Positions 26,342-35,943 of a DNA stretch of 50,440 bases are shown piece by piece (position 1 is the stretch's first letter; every line of letters starts with the position of its first letter). Source of the stretch: Planctomycetota bacterium (lineage in GTDB: Bacteria > Planctomycetota > UBA1135 > GCA-002686595); the NCBI GenBank assembly GCA_047639415.1, contig JBLINP010000001.1, positions 1-50,440 on the forward strand, given 5' to 3'. The notes below the pieces were generated by a model. It was not told where the DNA came from. It worked only from the letters and a program-made list of their open reading frames with translations, and did not search any database. The position numbers and the translations under genes are program-made.

Positions 26342-28588
26342 CTAGGAGAGCGTGAACGCGCTGACCATTTCCTGCAGCTTGTTGGCCATAATCGATAGCT
26401 CCGTCGCCGAAGTCTCGATTCCGGAGGCGCCCCGCGAAGTCTCGGACGCAGCGTGCCCCACGCCATCGATATTCCTCACGATTTCCTGAGTACCTTCGTT
26501 GGCATCCGCGACATTGCGGGACATCTGATTGGTCGTCGCCGTTTGCTCTTCCACAGCGCTAGCGATCGAGCCCTGGATTTCGTTGATCTGCTCGATGATT
26601 ACGCTGATCTTTGCGATTGCCGTGGCCGATTCTTCGACGTTGTTTTGGATGGCTTCGATCTTTTGACTGATGTCTTCCGTCGCCTTGGCGGTTTCCTTGG
26701 CGAGTTCCTTGACCTCGCTCGCTACGACTGCGAAGCCCTTGCCGGCGTCGCCCGCGCGCGCGGCTTCGATGGTCGCGTTGAGAGCGAGCAGGTTCGTCTG
26801 CTGAGCGATCGAGGTGATGACTTTGACCACTTGACCAATTTCAAGGCTGCTCTGGCCAAGCTTGCCGACAGTCTGGTTTGTACATTCCGTGACCTCGACG
26901 GCTTCGTTTGCGATCTCAGCGGCGCGGGTCGCGTTGGCAGCAATTTCTTTGATGCTGGCACTCATCTCTTCGGTGCCCACAGAAACCGTTTGCACGTTCT
27001 CAGCAACACGTTTCGATGCTTCTGTCACGACGCCAGCTTGTGCGCTGGTTTCTTCGGAGTTTGCGCTCATGACCTGACTAGTAGCGCTGAGTTCCTCTGA
27101 AGATGCAGCCAGCGACTGCGCATTCTCAACGACACCGTGAATGGCCTCGGACATGTTTTTAACCGCCTGATTAATGCTGTCCTTGATCACGGCATAGTCA
27201 CCCTCGTAGTCCCCGAGAACCGTTTTCGTTAGATCGCGATTCGCCATCGCTTGAAGCACGGTCGTGGCTTCATTGATCGGAGCCATGATGGCCGAAAGCA
27301 GACCGTTGACGCCTTCAACCAAATCCTTGAATTCCCCGGTAAACTCGCTGGTATCCGCACGCGCGTTCAAGTCTCCGGCACGTGCGGCGGAAACAAGTTT
27401 GGCAATCGCGGTGTTCGAATCCATGGCCTGCTTCCGCGCCTCGGCCTGATCGGTAATGTCAGTGGCATACTTGACGACCTTAAAGGGTTCGCCATTGAGG
27501 TCGTGAATCGGATTGTACGAGGCTTGAATCCAGACTTCCTTGCCGCCCTTTCCGATGCGTTTGAATTCATCAGCAACGTACTCGCCCCGGTTCAATTGCT
27601 CCCAAAAGTTCTTGTACTCGGCGCTTACTCCATAAGCCGCCTCTACAAACATGCTGTGATGAGCGCCTTTTATTTCAGCCAAGGTGTAGCCCACGACGCT
27701 TAGGAAGTTTTCGTTAGCGCTGATGATCGTGCCGTCCATGTTGAACTCGATCACGGCTTGCGCTTTGCCGATCGCTTCGATTTGACCCGAAAAGTCGGCG
27801 TTATTCAGCTTTTGAGCCGTTACGTCAGTCGCGAACTTAACAACCTTGAAGGGCACGCCGTTGAGGTCGAGAATTGGATTGTAAGAGGCTTGAACCCAAA
27901 CTTCCTTGCCTCCATTGCCGATGCGCTTGAATTCATCAGCGACGTATTCGCCTCGGCCCAACTTCTTCCAGAACGCCTGATACTCATCGCTTCGGCCGTA
28001 CGTCTCTTCGACGAACATGCGATGGTGCTCGCCCTTTATCTCAGGCAACGAGTATCCCACAACGCTGAGAAAGTTTTCGTTCGCATCGACAATCGTGCCG
28101 TCCATGTTGAACTCGATCACGGCTTGCGCTTTGCCGATCGCTTCGATTTGACCCGAAAAGTCGGCGTTATTCAGCTTTTGAGCCGTTACGTCGGTGGCAT
28201 ATTTTACGACGCGGAAGGGCTTGCCGTCGGGGTCGAGAATCGGATTGTAAGAGGCTTGAATCCAGACTTCCTTGCCACCCTTACCGAAGCGCTTGAACTC
28301 TTGAGCCACGTATTCGCCAAGGTTCAGCATTTGCCAAAAGGCCTTGTACTCCTCACTGCGAGCGTAAGCCTCATCAACAAACATGCAGTGATGCTGTCCC
28401 TGGACCTCAGACAGCGAATAGCCCACCACATTCAGAAAGTTGTCGTTCGCGCTGACGATCGTGCCATCCATTTGGAACTCGATAACCGCCATAACCTTGT
28501 CGATGGCCTCGATCTTGGCAACGTTTAGATCGTGGTCAATCTGGCTATCTTTGAGCACTGCTGAATTGGGAAAGTTCGTTATCGTCAT
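26342..28588 (-). CDS. Soluble methyl-accepting chemotaxis protein with three tandem PAS domains, a HAMP-like linker and an MCP signalling domain
   Basis: No TM segment was found. There are three ~122-aa PAS repeats (VIEFxMDGTI..AN.NFL.VVGY...E..G.HH.MFV...Y..S.EY..FW..L..GEYVA.EFKR.G.GGKEVW.QASYNPI). The conserved signalling hairpin is [30 protein letters not shown]. Confidence 0.9.
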   Translation of the reverse strand: MTITNFPNSAVLKDSQIDHDLNVAKIEAIDKVMAVIEFQMDGTIVSANDNFLNVVGYSLSEVQGQHHCMFVDEAYARSEEYKAFWQMLNLGEYVAQEFKRFGKGGKEVWIQASYNPILDPDGKPFRVVKYATDVTAQKLNNADFSGQIEAIGKAQAVIEFNMDGTIVDANENFLSVVGYSLPEIKGEHHRMFVEETYGRSDEYQAFWKKLGRGEYVADEFKRIGNGGKEVWVQASYNPILDLNGVPFKVVKFATDVTAQKLNNADFSGQIEAIGKAQAVIEFNMDGTIISANENFLSVVGYTLAEIKGAHHSMFVEAAYGVSAEYKNFWEQLNRGEYVADEFKRIGKGGKEVWIQASYNPIHDLNGEPFKVVKYATDITDQAEARKQAMDSNTAIAKLVSAARAGDLNARADTSEFTGEFKDLVEGVNGLLSAIMAPINEATTVLQAMANRDLTKTVLGDYEGDYAVIKDSINQAVKNMSEAIHGVVENAQSLAASSEELSATSQVMSANSEETSAQAGVVTEASKRVAENVQTVSVGTEEMSASIKEIAANATRAAEIANEAVEVTECTNQTVGKLGQSSLEIGQVVKVITSIAQQTNLLALNATIEAARAGDAGKGFAVVASEVKELAKETAKATEDISQKIEAIQNNVEESATAIAKISVIIEQINEIQGSIASAVEEQTATTNQMSRNVADANEGTQEIVRNIDGVGHAASETSRGASGIETSATELSIMANKLQEMVSAFTLS
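27726..28192. repeat. 101-bp perfect direct repeat (27726..27826 and 28092..28192), period 366 bp, inside the MCP gene
   Basis: The two runs were aligned by hand. Both start at ATCGTGCCGTCCATG and end at GCCGTTACGTC, and the bases immediately outside differ. The 366-bp offset equals 122 codons, which is one PAS unit. Confidence 0.85.
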
Positions 28589-29149
28589 TTTATTTATCGC
28601 TTGATTTGCTGTACGGTTGAGCGGTCCAAAGGTCTTGGAGGCCTGAACGAGCAGGCTTCACGTCTAATGAGGTTGGCTACGCAATCCTCCGTACAAGTCT
28701 TTCGTTCGGGCCTAGAGCATCCCTTGAGAACCATAACCCCCGCGTTCACAATTGGTTCAACTATGAGAATGGTGCTCCACGGGCGTAGGGCGTGCTTGAG
28801 TGCTTCTCGAATTCGAGGACGGCCTCTCTTGCTGAATTAATGCGCAAATCGCTCGGTCGGAATTTGACAGCATCGAGATTCAGCGCGTGAACTCGAACAG
28901 AGTCTCGGTTTACACGTCACTTTTCGCGGTCGTCGAACACGATCCCCTGTCGCTTCTCGACGGGACTGACAACGAATGACGTTCGCTTCTGCTGCCTAGC
29001 TGCGCATCCAGTTTTAGTTGCTGAACGCCAAACACTTTGGGTTATTGGAAGTAGGAGCTGGGCGCATTCGAATTGGAACAGGGCTAGCTCGGATCATTAA
29101 ACACCCGGGTAAGGGACGAGCTTCTCAACGGCGAATTCTTCATCGGACT

Positions 29150-30292
29150 GTAAGCGTGCGGTGACCCCATGGTTCGCGCCGCTTGAACGACAATCCTAAT
29201 TGCCGGCGATGACCGTCCAACAAAGGGGGTCGTTACGCGAACAGAAGAAGAGCAAAGGCCACGGCCGCGCAGCTTTCCCGCCGCATCTCGTTCCGAAGTG
29301 ATCATGCTCGACGTTCCGGAGGATTAACGTCTTGGCCCGGACTACGGCAAAGTGATGGCCTTCGTCGGTACCGATACTTGCGAACGCGGACACATCATTC
29401 CGGCAAGGATGATGGTGCGCCGATACGAGCGAGCGAAGTACGCTTGCTCCGAAGGACACGCGGTACACACAGCGAAGATGCCACCGTCGTTCATCGACAA
29501 AGGCAAGTACGACATATCGGTTTACGCGCACCTGGCGGTGGCGAAGTACGGCGATCAGCAGCCGTTGAATCGCTTAGAAGGCATCTATAAGCGCAATGGC
29601 TTCACTCTGCCGAAGTCCACGATGTCGTCGCCGAACCGATCGTGCAACAGATGCGAGAGGAACTTCGAAGCGCAGCGATCTTGCATGCGGATGAAACGCC
29701 GACAGCCGTTCCGCTAATGCGTGCAATCGGCCGGTGGTTCTGAATCGTATGCGCAGTCAATCGACGAGCGGAACACCGCAAACTGAATGACACGAGTCCT
29801 GACTCGCTTCGCGGCGAAGTGAGAACGCGCCGAACCAAATCCTGCTTGAACGAATCCTTGAACTCGCATACACGTTGCGCGAACAACCATCGACGCTTCC
29901 AAAAAGCGCTCTCGGCAAAGCGCTTACATACTTAGTCAATCAATCGGCTCCGCTGACGTTGCTGCTCGATGAACCTGCGATGGAAATCCATAACAACAAC
30001 GCCGAGCGGGCGTTGCGTCACCTGGTGATCGGCCACAAAATCTGGCTGTTCTTCGGAAGCGAACGCGGCGGGAAGATGGCCTTGAGCCTCTTCTCGTTGA
30101 TTGCGACGAGCAAAGCGTTGGACATCAATCCCGAGGCTTATCTCGAAGACGTGATCACGCGAGTGAACACGGAGACAGCAATCGAGAAGCTCACGCCCTG
30201 GGCGTGGGCGGCGGAAAACGGTACTCAACGGAGCTGAAACAGCAAACTGACGCAGGCAACGGTCAACCGACATGGGTTCACCGGACGGTTAC
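29150..30292 (+). mobile_element. Decayed IS66-family insertion sequence remnant (single-ORF type)
   Basis: Candidate terminal inverted repeats are GTAAGCGTGCGGTGACCC (29150..) and GGTTCACCGGACGGTTAC (..30292), with 15/18 complementary. They start with the GTAAGCG typical of IS66-family ends. No 8-bp target duplication is visible. Confidence 0.6.
29211..30237 (+). pseudogene. IS66-family transposase pseudogene (in-frame stop, frameshifts, DDE core largely deleted)
   Basis: Hand translation gives RPRSFPAASRSEVIMLDVPED*RLGPDYGKVMAFVGTDTCERGHIIPARMMVRRYERAKYACSEGHAVHTAKMPPSFIDKGKYDISVYAHLAVAKYGDQQPLNRLEGIYKRNGFTLPKSTM, which is the IS66 zinc-finger/N-terminal region. The in-frame stop is at 29325..29327. 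A shifted fragment ILHADETP follows. The C-terminal region LPKSALGKALTYLVNQ...MEIHNNNAERALRHLVIGHKIWLFFGSERGG...DINPEAYLEDV matches the IS66 C-terminus. The total is far shorter than an intact transposase. Confidence 0.7.
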
Positions 30293-30617
30293 CCTGTTGG
30301 ATCTGATTCTCGGTCAAAAATGGTTTTTGAACGATGCGTGCTCGGCCGCTTCGCCGAATTCGCTCGTAGTGTTTTCCGCACAGCGCCACGACGGGAACGT
30401 CAATCGCACTGCGATTGGGCGTCGCGATACCGGCGTCCTTCTTGCGGATCTTCCGACCCCCAATCTGCTCAACCGACTTGACGAGCTCAGGGCTCTGAAG
30501 GATTGCGCGCGTGTACGCAGGAGAATCGTCGCCGCATAGAAAGCCGACGCCAATTGACGCGCGGTCGTTGGAGGCTTTGGTCTGACTTCGCTTCAACGTG
30601 AGGGTTTCAGAACTCAC
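30225..30617 (-). CDS. Hypothetical ORF, probably a gene fragment truncated by the IS66 remnant
   Basis: 130-aa ORF. Its C-terminal ~25 residues are encoded inside the IS remnant (below 30292), so the native 3' end appears to be lost. CGKHYERIRRSG loosely resembles a C..HY.R.RR.G motif seen in some HNH-type proteins. This is weak. Confidence 0.25.
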   Translation of the reverse strand: MSSETLTLKRSQTKASNDRASIGVGFLCGDDSPAYTRAILQSPELVKSVEQIGGRKIRKKDAGIATPNRSAIDVPVVALCGKHYERIRRSGRARIVQKPFLTENQIQQGNRPVNPCRLTVACVSLLFQLR

Positions 30618-30728
30618 AGCCTTGGCTAACGCTCAACACGGCTCTATCGATTGCATCGATAGAGCGAGCTCGGCTGAAACCTCTAAGCCTGACTCTCGCA
30701 AAATCGGATATTTTGGCGATACGAATAT

Positions 30729-30804
30729 TGGAGGCGGCACCCGGACTTGAACCGGGGAATCTCGGATTTGCAATCCGACGCCTTAGCCACTTGGCTATGC
30801 CGCC
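30729..30804 (-). tRNA. tRNA-Cys (anticodon GCA), CCA encoded
   Basis: The reverse complement is GGCGGCATAGCCAAGTGGCTAAGGCGTCGGATTGCAAATCCGAGATTCCCCGGTTCAAGTCCGGGTGCCGCCTCCA. The acceptor stem pairs GGCGGCA with TGCCGCC. The anticodon stem pairs CGGAT with ATCCG around the loop TTGCAAA. The T arm is CCCGG-TTCAAGT-CCGGG. Confidence 0.9.
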
Positions 30805-30981
30805 CTTTGAGCCAGACAGGATACCGAGGCTTGGTTCCTGTGCAAGAGCTAGCCAGCCCTTCTGAATCTTGAACTCGCTGACTTCGCGTGGGTCTTTCGC
30901 TGGTCGCTGAAGATGCGCCCTCAATCCCCAGTCAACTCTAGACGCGCGCATCAGATCTCGGCAATCTCTCACTCACACGTC

Positions 30982-31068
30982 GGGGATATGGCGGAATTGG
31001 CAGACGCATCGGACTTAAAATCCGAAGGTAGCAATATCGTCCGGGTTCAAGTCCCGGTATCCCCACCA
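30982..31068 (+). tRNA. tRNA-Leu (anticodon TAA), long variable arm, CCA encoded
   Basis: The sequence is GGGGATATGGCGGAATTGGCAGACGCATCGGACTTAAAATCCGAAGGTAGCAATATCGTCCGGGTTCAAGTCCCGGTATCCCCACCA. The acceptor stem pairs GGGGATA with TATCCCC. The anticodon stem pairs TCGGA with TCCGA around the loop CTTAAAA. The T arm is CCGGG-TTCAAGT-CCCGG. Confidence 0.9.
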
Positions 31069-31215
31069 CCATCGCCTTGGAGTTAGCGCGCTCCCGCCGA
31101 GCCCTCAACTGCCTCGAGCCGACTTTCATTGCGGGCAGGAGTCACCACCGAACCGGCGAGGATTGGACGTCCGGATACGATCCAGAGCGTCCGAGCAGTC
31201 GCTTCTCCGCGCCAA

Positions 31216-31258
31216 TAAAAAAGCGAAGCTCGGAACGATGTCCAAGCTTCGCTTTGTG
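31216..31258. terminator. Candidate bidirectional intrinsic terminator between tRNA-Leu and citrate synthase
   Basis: The sequence is AAAAAAGCGAAGCT-(14 nt)-AGCTTCGCTTTGTG. It forms a 9-bp stem flanked by an A-run upstream and a short T-run downstream. Confidence 0.5.
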
Positions 31259-31318
31259 ATTCAGGGGGCGCGCGGACACAGAGCTATTCGCCCCGCGAGT
31301 AACGCGACCAGCGATAGA

Positions 31319-32467
31319 TCAATCGCGTTCGTCGATGGGCGTGTACTCGCCGCCGTGGCCACCCATGTAGACCTGCGCGGGACGGAAGAGCTTGTTGTCT
31401 TCCATCTGTTCGCGCCAATGCGCCAACCATCCGGAGATGCGTGCGATCGCGAAGACCGGCGTAAAGACGTCGGTCGGAATGCCAAGCTTTTGATAGACGA
31501 TGCCACTGAAGAAATCGACGTTGGGGTAGATGCCCTTGTGACCGAGATGCTTCGTTACTTCTTCTTCGAGACGCGTGGCGATCGAGTAAACCGGCGTCGT
31601 GCCCAGTTGATCGAACAGTGCACGCACCAAATCTTGAAGAGCGATCGCGCGGGGATCCTTGACGGAGTAAACGCGGTGGCCGAAGCCCATGATCTTGCCT
31701 TTGGTTGCGAGCTTATTCGCTACCCAAGCCTCGACCTGATCCGCGCTACCGATTTCCTCCAATGCTGTGAGCACACGCTCATTCGCACCACCGTGAAGCG
31801 GACCGGTCAGTGAACCAATCGCGCCACTGCAAACCGTGTAGGGATCTGCTTCGGTGGAAGCAATCACTCGCGCCGTGAACGTCGAGGCGTTCATGGTGTG
31901 GTCGGCGTGGAGCACGAGGCACACATCGAGAATGCGCGTGGCGATTTCATCGGGACGCTCGCCCGTCATCATCCACAGAAAGTTTCCGGCCGTGTCGAGA
32001 TCGTCAGCCGGCTCGGGCAACTTACGCCCGGTTCGACCGGCATGGAACGCTGCGACCAACACAGGCGTTGCCGCGATCAAACGAACGCAGGCATCTTCAG
32101 CGTCGCCACTCTCGCTCCAGGCTTCGACTCCGCCGTGCAGGCCGAGTGCTGCCAAGCCCGCTTGCAACGCGCCCATTGGGTGACCGTCGGACGGAAAGTT
32201 TGCGATGGATTCGATCAGGCTCGCCGGCAATCGACGTGCTTGACGCAGTCGTCCTCGAAAGAATTCGAGTTCGGCCGCCGTCGGCAATTTGCCGTGCATC
32301 AACAGCCAACTGACCTCCTCGAAATTGCTCTTCGAGGCCAATTCCTCGATTGGAATGCCGCGATATTCGAGAACGCCAATTTTGCCGTCGATGTAACTAA
32401 TCGCCGATTCAGCGGCGGGAATGCCGGCCAGTCCGGGAACCAATTCTGTCATTTGTAAGCTCACCAA
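31319..32467 (-). CDS. gltA: Citrate synthase (small, ~380-aa type)
   Basis: IMGFGHRVYSVKDPRA and HADHTMNASTF are present, and the catalytic His and Asp context is conserved (GWLAHWREQ). Confidence 0.9.
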   Translation of the reverse strand: MVSLQMTELVPGLAGIPAAESAISYIDGKIGVLEYRGIPIEELASKSNFEEVSWLLMHGKLPTAAELEFFRGRLRQARRLPASLIESIANFPSDGHPMGALQAGLAALGLHGGVEAWSESGDAEDACVRLIAATPVLVAAFHAGRTGRKLPEPADDLDTAGNFLWMMTGERPDEIATRILDVCLVLHADHTMNASTFTARVIASTEADPYTVCSGAIGSLTGPLHGGANERVLTALEEIGSADQVEAWVANKLATKGKIMGFGHRVYSVKDPRAIALQDLVRALFDQLGTTPVYSIATRLEEEVTKHLGHKGIYPNVDFFSGIVYQKLGIPTDVFTPVFAIARISGWLAHWREQMEDNKLFRPAQVYMGGHGGEYTPIDERD

Positions 32468-32479
32468 TTACCTCTTGAT

Positions 32480-33943
32480 CTACGATCGTGTCGCTAAATA
32501 CTGAACCAATAATCGCGCACCAACACCAGAGCCCATCGAACCACCGACCCAATCGCGATTGTCTGAACCCCAAGCCGCGCCGGCGATGTCGATGTGACTC
32601 CACTCGGTGTCATCGACGAACTTGGCTAGGAATGCCGCACCCGCTGACGAGCCTGCGCCCTGTCCCGCATTGATGTTGGCGATGTCCGCCACTTTGCTCT
32701 TCAAGTGTCTTTTGTGAGCATCGAGCAGAGGCAACGGCCAGACTTCTTCGCCGGTTTCTTTACCCGCAGCGATCAAGTCATCACGCAAGGAATCGCTGGT
32801 CGGGAAGATGCCCGAAAGCTCGTGTCCCAGACCGACGACAACCGCACCCGTCAAGGTGGCTAGGTCGAGCATCGTGTCGGGCTTGACTTTCTTGAGCGTG
32901 TAGCAGATTGCGTCGGCCAAAATCAGTCGGCCCTCGGCGTCGGTGTTGAGGACCTCAATCGTCGTACCGTTCATGGCCGTGACGACATCGCCGGGCTTGG
33001 TCGCATTGCCATCAATGAGATTCTCGGAAGTCGCAACGATGCCGTGCACTTCGTGGTCGCAACCGATGGCTGCTAGCGCGTGCATGGCGCCCAGGACCGC
33101 GGCGCCACCGGACATGTCATACTTCATGTCCCACATTTTATGAGCAGGCTTGATACTGATTCCACCGGCGTCAAAGGTCAGGCCTTTACCGACGAAGGCG
33201 ATCTTGCCCTTGGACTTGCCTTTCGGCTTGTAGGTCAGATGGATCAAAAAGGCAGGCTCGACAGAACCTGCGGAAACCGAAAGCAGTGAGCCCATGCCGA
33301 GCTTCTTCATGTCGGCCTCGGTTAGAGCTTTGCAGGTGACTGCAGTGGAACTCTTAGCGATCTTCTTGGCGGCAGCAACCATGTCGCGCGGACGCATGCG
33401 GTTGCCGGGCTCGTTTTGGAGATCACGAGTGAACATGTTGGACACTGCGAGCGCTGCTCCGCGCTTGGCACCTGCCGCAAACTTCTTGCCCGGACCGTAA
33501 GCCGTCGTGGACTTGAGCATGGCTGCCTTTTGCTTGCTGCGCGCTGCATCAAACTTGTAGGTCCCCATTACTGCGCCTTCGGCGATGGCACAACCAGTGC
33601 GCTCTTCACCAAGGGCCTTGCTCACAGCGGCAGGACAGATGATTCCAACGGAAGCCAAACCGAGAGCTTCTGCGCGCTTGGAGCCAATCGCTGCCGCACG
33701 ACGCAGACTTTCCGGCGTCACTTTCTTGAGTTCACCGAGACCAACGGCCATCACTCGCAGACCGTGTCCGCTGCCCGTGTCGGTGACGGCTTTTTCATTG
33801 GCGTTGCCTTTGAAGTTTTCGAAAGCGTGCTTTGCCACACTGAGGCCCTTGGGCAGCTCAAGCTTTTTGCCTTTGAGGGCGAATACGACGAACAAGTCGG
33901 ACTTAGTAACCGGCTTGGCCGAGTCTTTTGCGCTGAATTTCAT
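32480..33943 (-). CDS. pepA: Leucyl aminopeptidase (M17 family)
   Basis: VGKGLTFDAGGISIKP, NTDAEGRLILADA and LTGAVVVGLG are present. The start was taken at MKFSAKD (cat at 33941..33943). The longer track ORF overlaps the ETF-QO gene. Confidence 0.9.
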   Translation of the reverse strand: MKFSAKDSAKPVTKSDLFVVFALKGKKLELPKGLSVAKHAFENFKGNANEKAVTDTGSGHGLRVMAVGLGELKKVTPESLRRAAAIGSKRAEALGLASVGIICPAAVSKALGEERTGCAIAEGAVMGTYKFDAARSKQKAAMLKSTTAYGPGKKFAAGAKRGAALAVSNMFTRDLQNEPGNRMRPRDMVAAAKKIAKSSTAVTCKALTEADMKKLGMGSLLSVSAGSVEPAFLIHLTYKPKGKSKGKIAFVGKGLTFDAGGISIKPAHKMWDMKYDMSGGAAVLGAMHALAAIGCDHEVHGIVATSENLIDGNATKPGDVVTAMNGTTIEVLNTDAEGRLILADAICYTLKKVKPDTMLDLATLTGAVVVGLGHELSGIFPTSDSLRDDLIAAGKETGEEVWPLPLLDAHKRHLKSKVADIANINAGQGAGSSAGAAFLAKFVDDTEWSHIDIAGAAWGSDNRDWVGGSMGSGVGARLLVQYLATRS

Positions 33944-34032
33944 GTAGCAGAGTCTTCTTAGAGAAGTTGAACTTTGGAGTGGAAAACTAAAGGGGTGGGA
34001 TAAATGTAGCGGGAGCACTTTGTAGCGCGCTG

Positions 34033-35760
34033 TTACATATCGATGTACTTGGGACCGCCGCCGCCTTCGGGGACAGTCCACTCAATGATTTGGTAGGGAT
34101 CCGCAACGTCGCAGGTTTTGCAATGCACACAATTGCTGGCATTGATAAAGACAGCGCTCGTTTCAGGCTCACCCGGTTCAGGTGCAGGCCATTCGTAAAC
34201 GGCTGCAGGACAAAAGTCCTTACACGGGTTCCCGTATTCTTCGGTGCACTGCGGGTGACAAACCGAGGTGTTCGTAATCACGAGGTGCGAGGCTTGATCC
34301 TCTTCGTGCACGGCGCCGGAGTGATAGACGTCGGTGAGCTTGTCCATGCTCGCCGTGTCATCGAAAGTCGGCTTGCTCAACTGAGACTTGGAAACCGGTC
34401 CCGTCGTTTCATGATCTTCAGCGCTGCGCCTGCGCGCAATCAAACCGCGACCACCGGTGATCATTTGCAAGCCGATGTCGAGAACGGCCGCGAAGAAGCC
34501 CGACTGAAAAGCCTGGCGGAAGTTTCGAACCCTGTAAAGTTCCTTCTTCGCCCAGGAATCTTCGAATCGACGAGTGTATCCGGCCAAACCCGCAGCGCTG
34601 GTATCGTTTTTCTCGAGCGCTTCGACGATTGCGTCGGCAGCCAGCAGGCCCGATTTGATCGCCAAGTGAATGCCCTTCAGCCGCGACATGTTGACGAAGC
34701 CAGCGGTGTCGCCAACCAGAACACACCCGTCGCCTTGAAGTTTGGGCATCGCCCAGTAACCGCCACCCGGAATCGTCTTGGCGCCATAACGCACGACTTT
34801 CCCGCCCGCCAAATGCTTCGCCACCACAGGGTGCTGCTTCCACTCGACGAACATCGCGTGCGGATCGAGTTTGGCATCGCTGTGATCAAGCCCAACGACG
34901 TAACCGATCGAAATGCGATTGTTGTCGAGTCCGTAGATCCAGCCTCCGCCGTAACCCTTGGTGCCGAGCGGCTCGCCGCCGGTGTGCATCACCGATCCCA
35001 TGAACGCCTTCGCGCGCTCTTCGGGGATCTCCCAGATCTCTTTGATACCCGTCTCGTACAGCTGGTGGTTGGCGTCCGCATCCAACTTCAGCTTCTTGAT
35101 CAAACCCTTCGCGAGCGAACCGCGCGTGCCTTCACCGAAGACCGTAACGTCGGCCTTCACATTCATGCCCGGTTCGAAAGTCGGCTTCTTCTCGCCGCTC
35201 TTCGCGACACCCGCATCACGGGTCTGAACTCCGACGACACGATCGCCCTCGTACAGAACTTTCGCCCCAGCGAAGCCGGGGTAAACCTCGACACCAAGCG
35301 CTTCGGCTTGATCTTTCATCCAGCGCACGACGCGGTACAAGCTCACAATCACATTGCCGTGATTGTTGAATGTGGGCGGACAAAGCAGCCCCTTCAAAAC
35401 GGTGCTGCCACCGTTCTTCTTCAGGATCTCAAGCCAGTCGTCTTTGACTTCGGACTCGACGGGAAAATCCAAGTCGCGCCAATCGGGAAAGAGCTCTTCG
35501 ATTCCGCGCGGGTCCATCACTGCGCCGGACAGAGTGTGGTACCCAATGTCCTCGGCTTTCTCGAGAACGAGGACGGTCTTGTCGTCCCAGCCCTTTTCCT
35601 TGAATTGCCGCTGAAGTGAGATCGCACAAGCGAGGTTGGCCGGACCTGCGCCGACGAGCAGCACATCGACTTCGAGCTCATCGCGCTCAACGCCGGATAC
35701 ATTCAGACAAACGTCAGTTTGGGGACTCATTTTGATCGTCTCCAATTCCACCAGACGCAT
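34033..35760 (-). CDS. Electron-transfer flavoprotein:ubiquinone oxidoreductase (ETF-QO)
   Basis: The FAD fold is VDVLLVGAGPANLACA. The C-terminal 4Fe-4S region is CPAAVYEW...CVHCKTCD. An alternative start is at MSPQTD (35730). Confidence 0.9.
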   Translation of the reverse strand: MRLVELETIKMSPQTDVCLNVSGVERDELEVDVLLVGAGPANLACAISLQRQFKEKGWDDKTVLVLEKAEDIGYHTLSGAVMDPRGIEELFPDWRDLDFPVESEVKDDWLEILKKNGGSTVLKGLLCPPTFNNHGNVIVSLYRVVRWMKDQAEALGVEVYPGFAGAKVLYEGDRVVGVQTRDAGVAKSGEKKPTFEPGMNVKADVTVFGEGTRGSLAKGLIKKLKLDADANHQLYETGIKEIWEIPEERAKAFMGSVMHTGGEPLGTKGYGGGWIYGLDNNRISIGYVVGLDHSDAKLDPHAMFVEWKQHPVVAKHLAGGKVVRYGAKTIPGGGYWAMPKLQGDGCVLVGDTAGFVNMSRLKGIHLAIKSGLLAADAIVEALEKNDTSAAGLAGYTRRFEDSWAKKELYRVRNFRQAFQSGFFAAVLDIGLQMITGGRGLIARRRSAEDHETTGPVSKSQLSKPTFDDTASMDKLTDVYHSGAVHEEDQASHLVITNTSVCHPQCTEEYGNPCKDFCPAAVYEWPAPEPGEPETSAVFINASNCVHCKTCDVADPYQIIEWTVPEGGGGPKYIDM

Positions 35761-35943
35761 TGGTAATCCCGATTGAAGCCAAAATTCATCTAGGCAAAGC
35801 CCATCGAAGCCGTTTTCAACAAGAATGATTCGGCGCTAATCGCGCTCACAGCATGGAATTCGAGGCAAGCAGCTTAACAATGGCGCGGCCTAAAATCACG
35901 GCTGGAGCGCCCTCCTTCGCCCAAGTTCACTGGCGTCTCCCGC

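Noticed and set aside
28636-28648. TGGAGGC-CTGAAC resembles the 3' end of tRNA-Cys (TGGAGGCGGCACCCGGACTTGAAC). It was considered as the distal att repeat of an island spanning 28.6-30.7 kb.
   Set aside because: Only 7+6 nt match, with a 10-nt gap, which is compatible with chance. It is mentioned only as something to test against related genomes.
29084-29104. CTAGCTCGGATCATTAAACAC resembles the terminal repeat of the 202-bp element (about 15/21), 45 bp from the IS66 remnant end.
   Set aside because: The similarity is too low and no partner repeat exists. IS66-type ends (GTAAGCG) are unrelated to the element's ends.
30607-31129. ORFs 30607..30972 and 30938..31129, which overlap the tRNA-Cys and tRNA-Leu genes.
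   Set aside because: They overlap well-folded tRNA genes and their promoter region and have no protein features.
33944-34081. 46-codon N-terminal extension of the pepA ORF overlapping the ETF-QO 3' end.
   Set aside because: The Arg-rich extension looks non-native. MKFSAKD at 33943 gives a normal-length M17 peptidase and removes the overlap.
34090-35619. Long antisense ORFs opposite confidently assigned genes. Examples are 34090..35619 opposite ETF-QO, 26453..27100 and 27758..28528 opposite the MCP, 44240..45019 and 44358..44903 in the Lys/Ala-tail region, 47121..47789 opposite ffh, 16603..17451, 19445..20416, 31163..31813 and 33416..33961.
   Set aside because: They are shadow ORFs of the kind expected in GC-rich DNA. 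Their translations are low-complexity or Arg/Ala/Gly-rich with no motifs, and the opposite strand carries clear conserved proteins.
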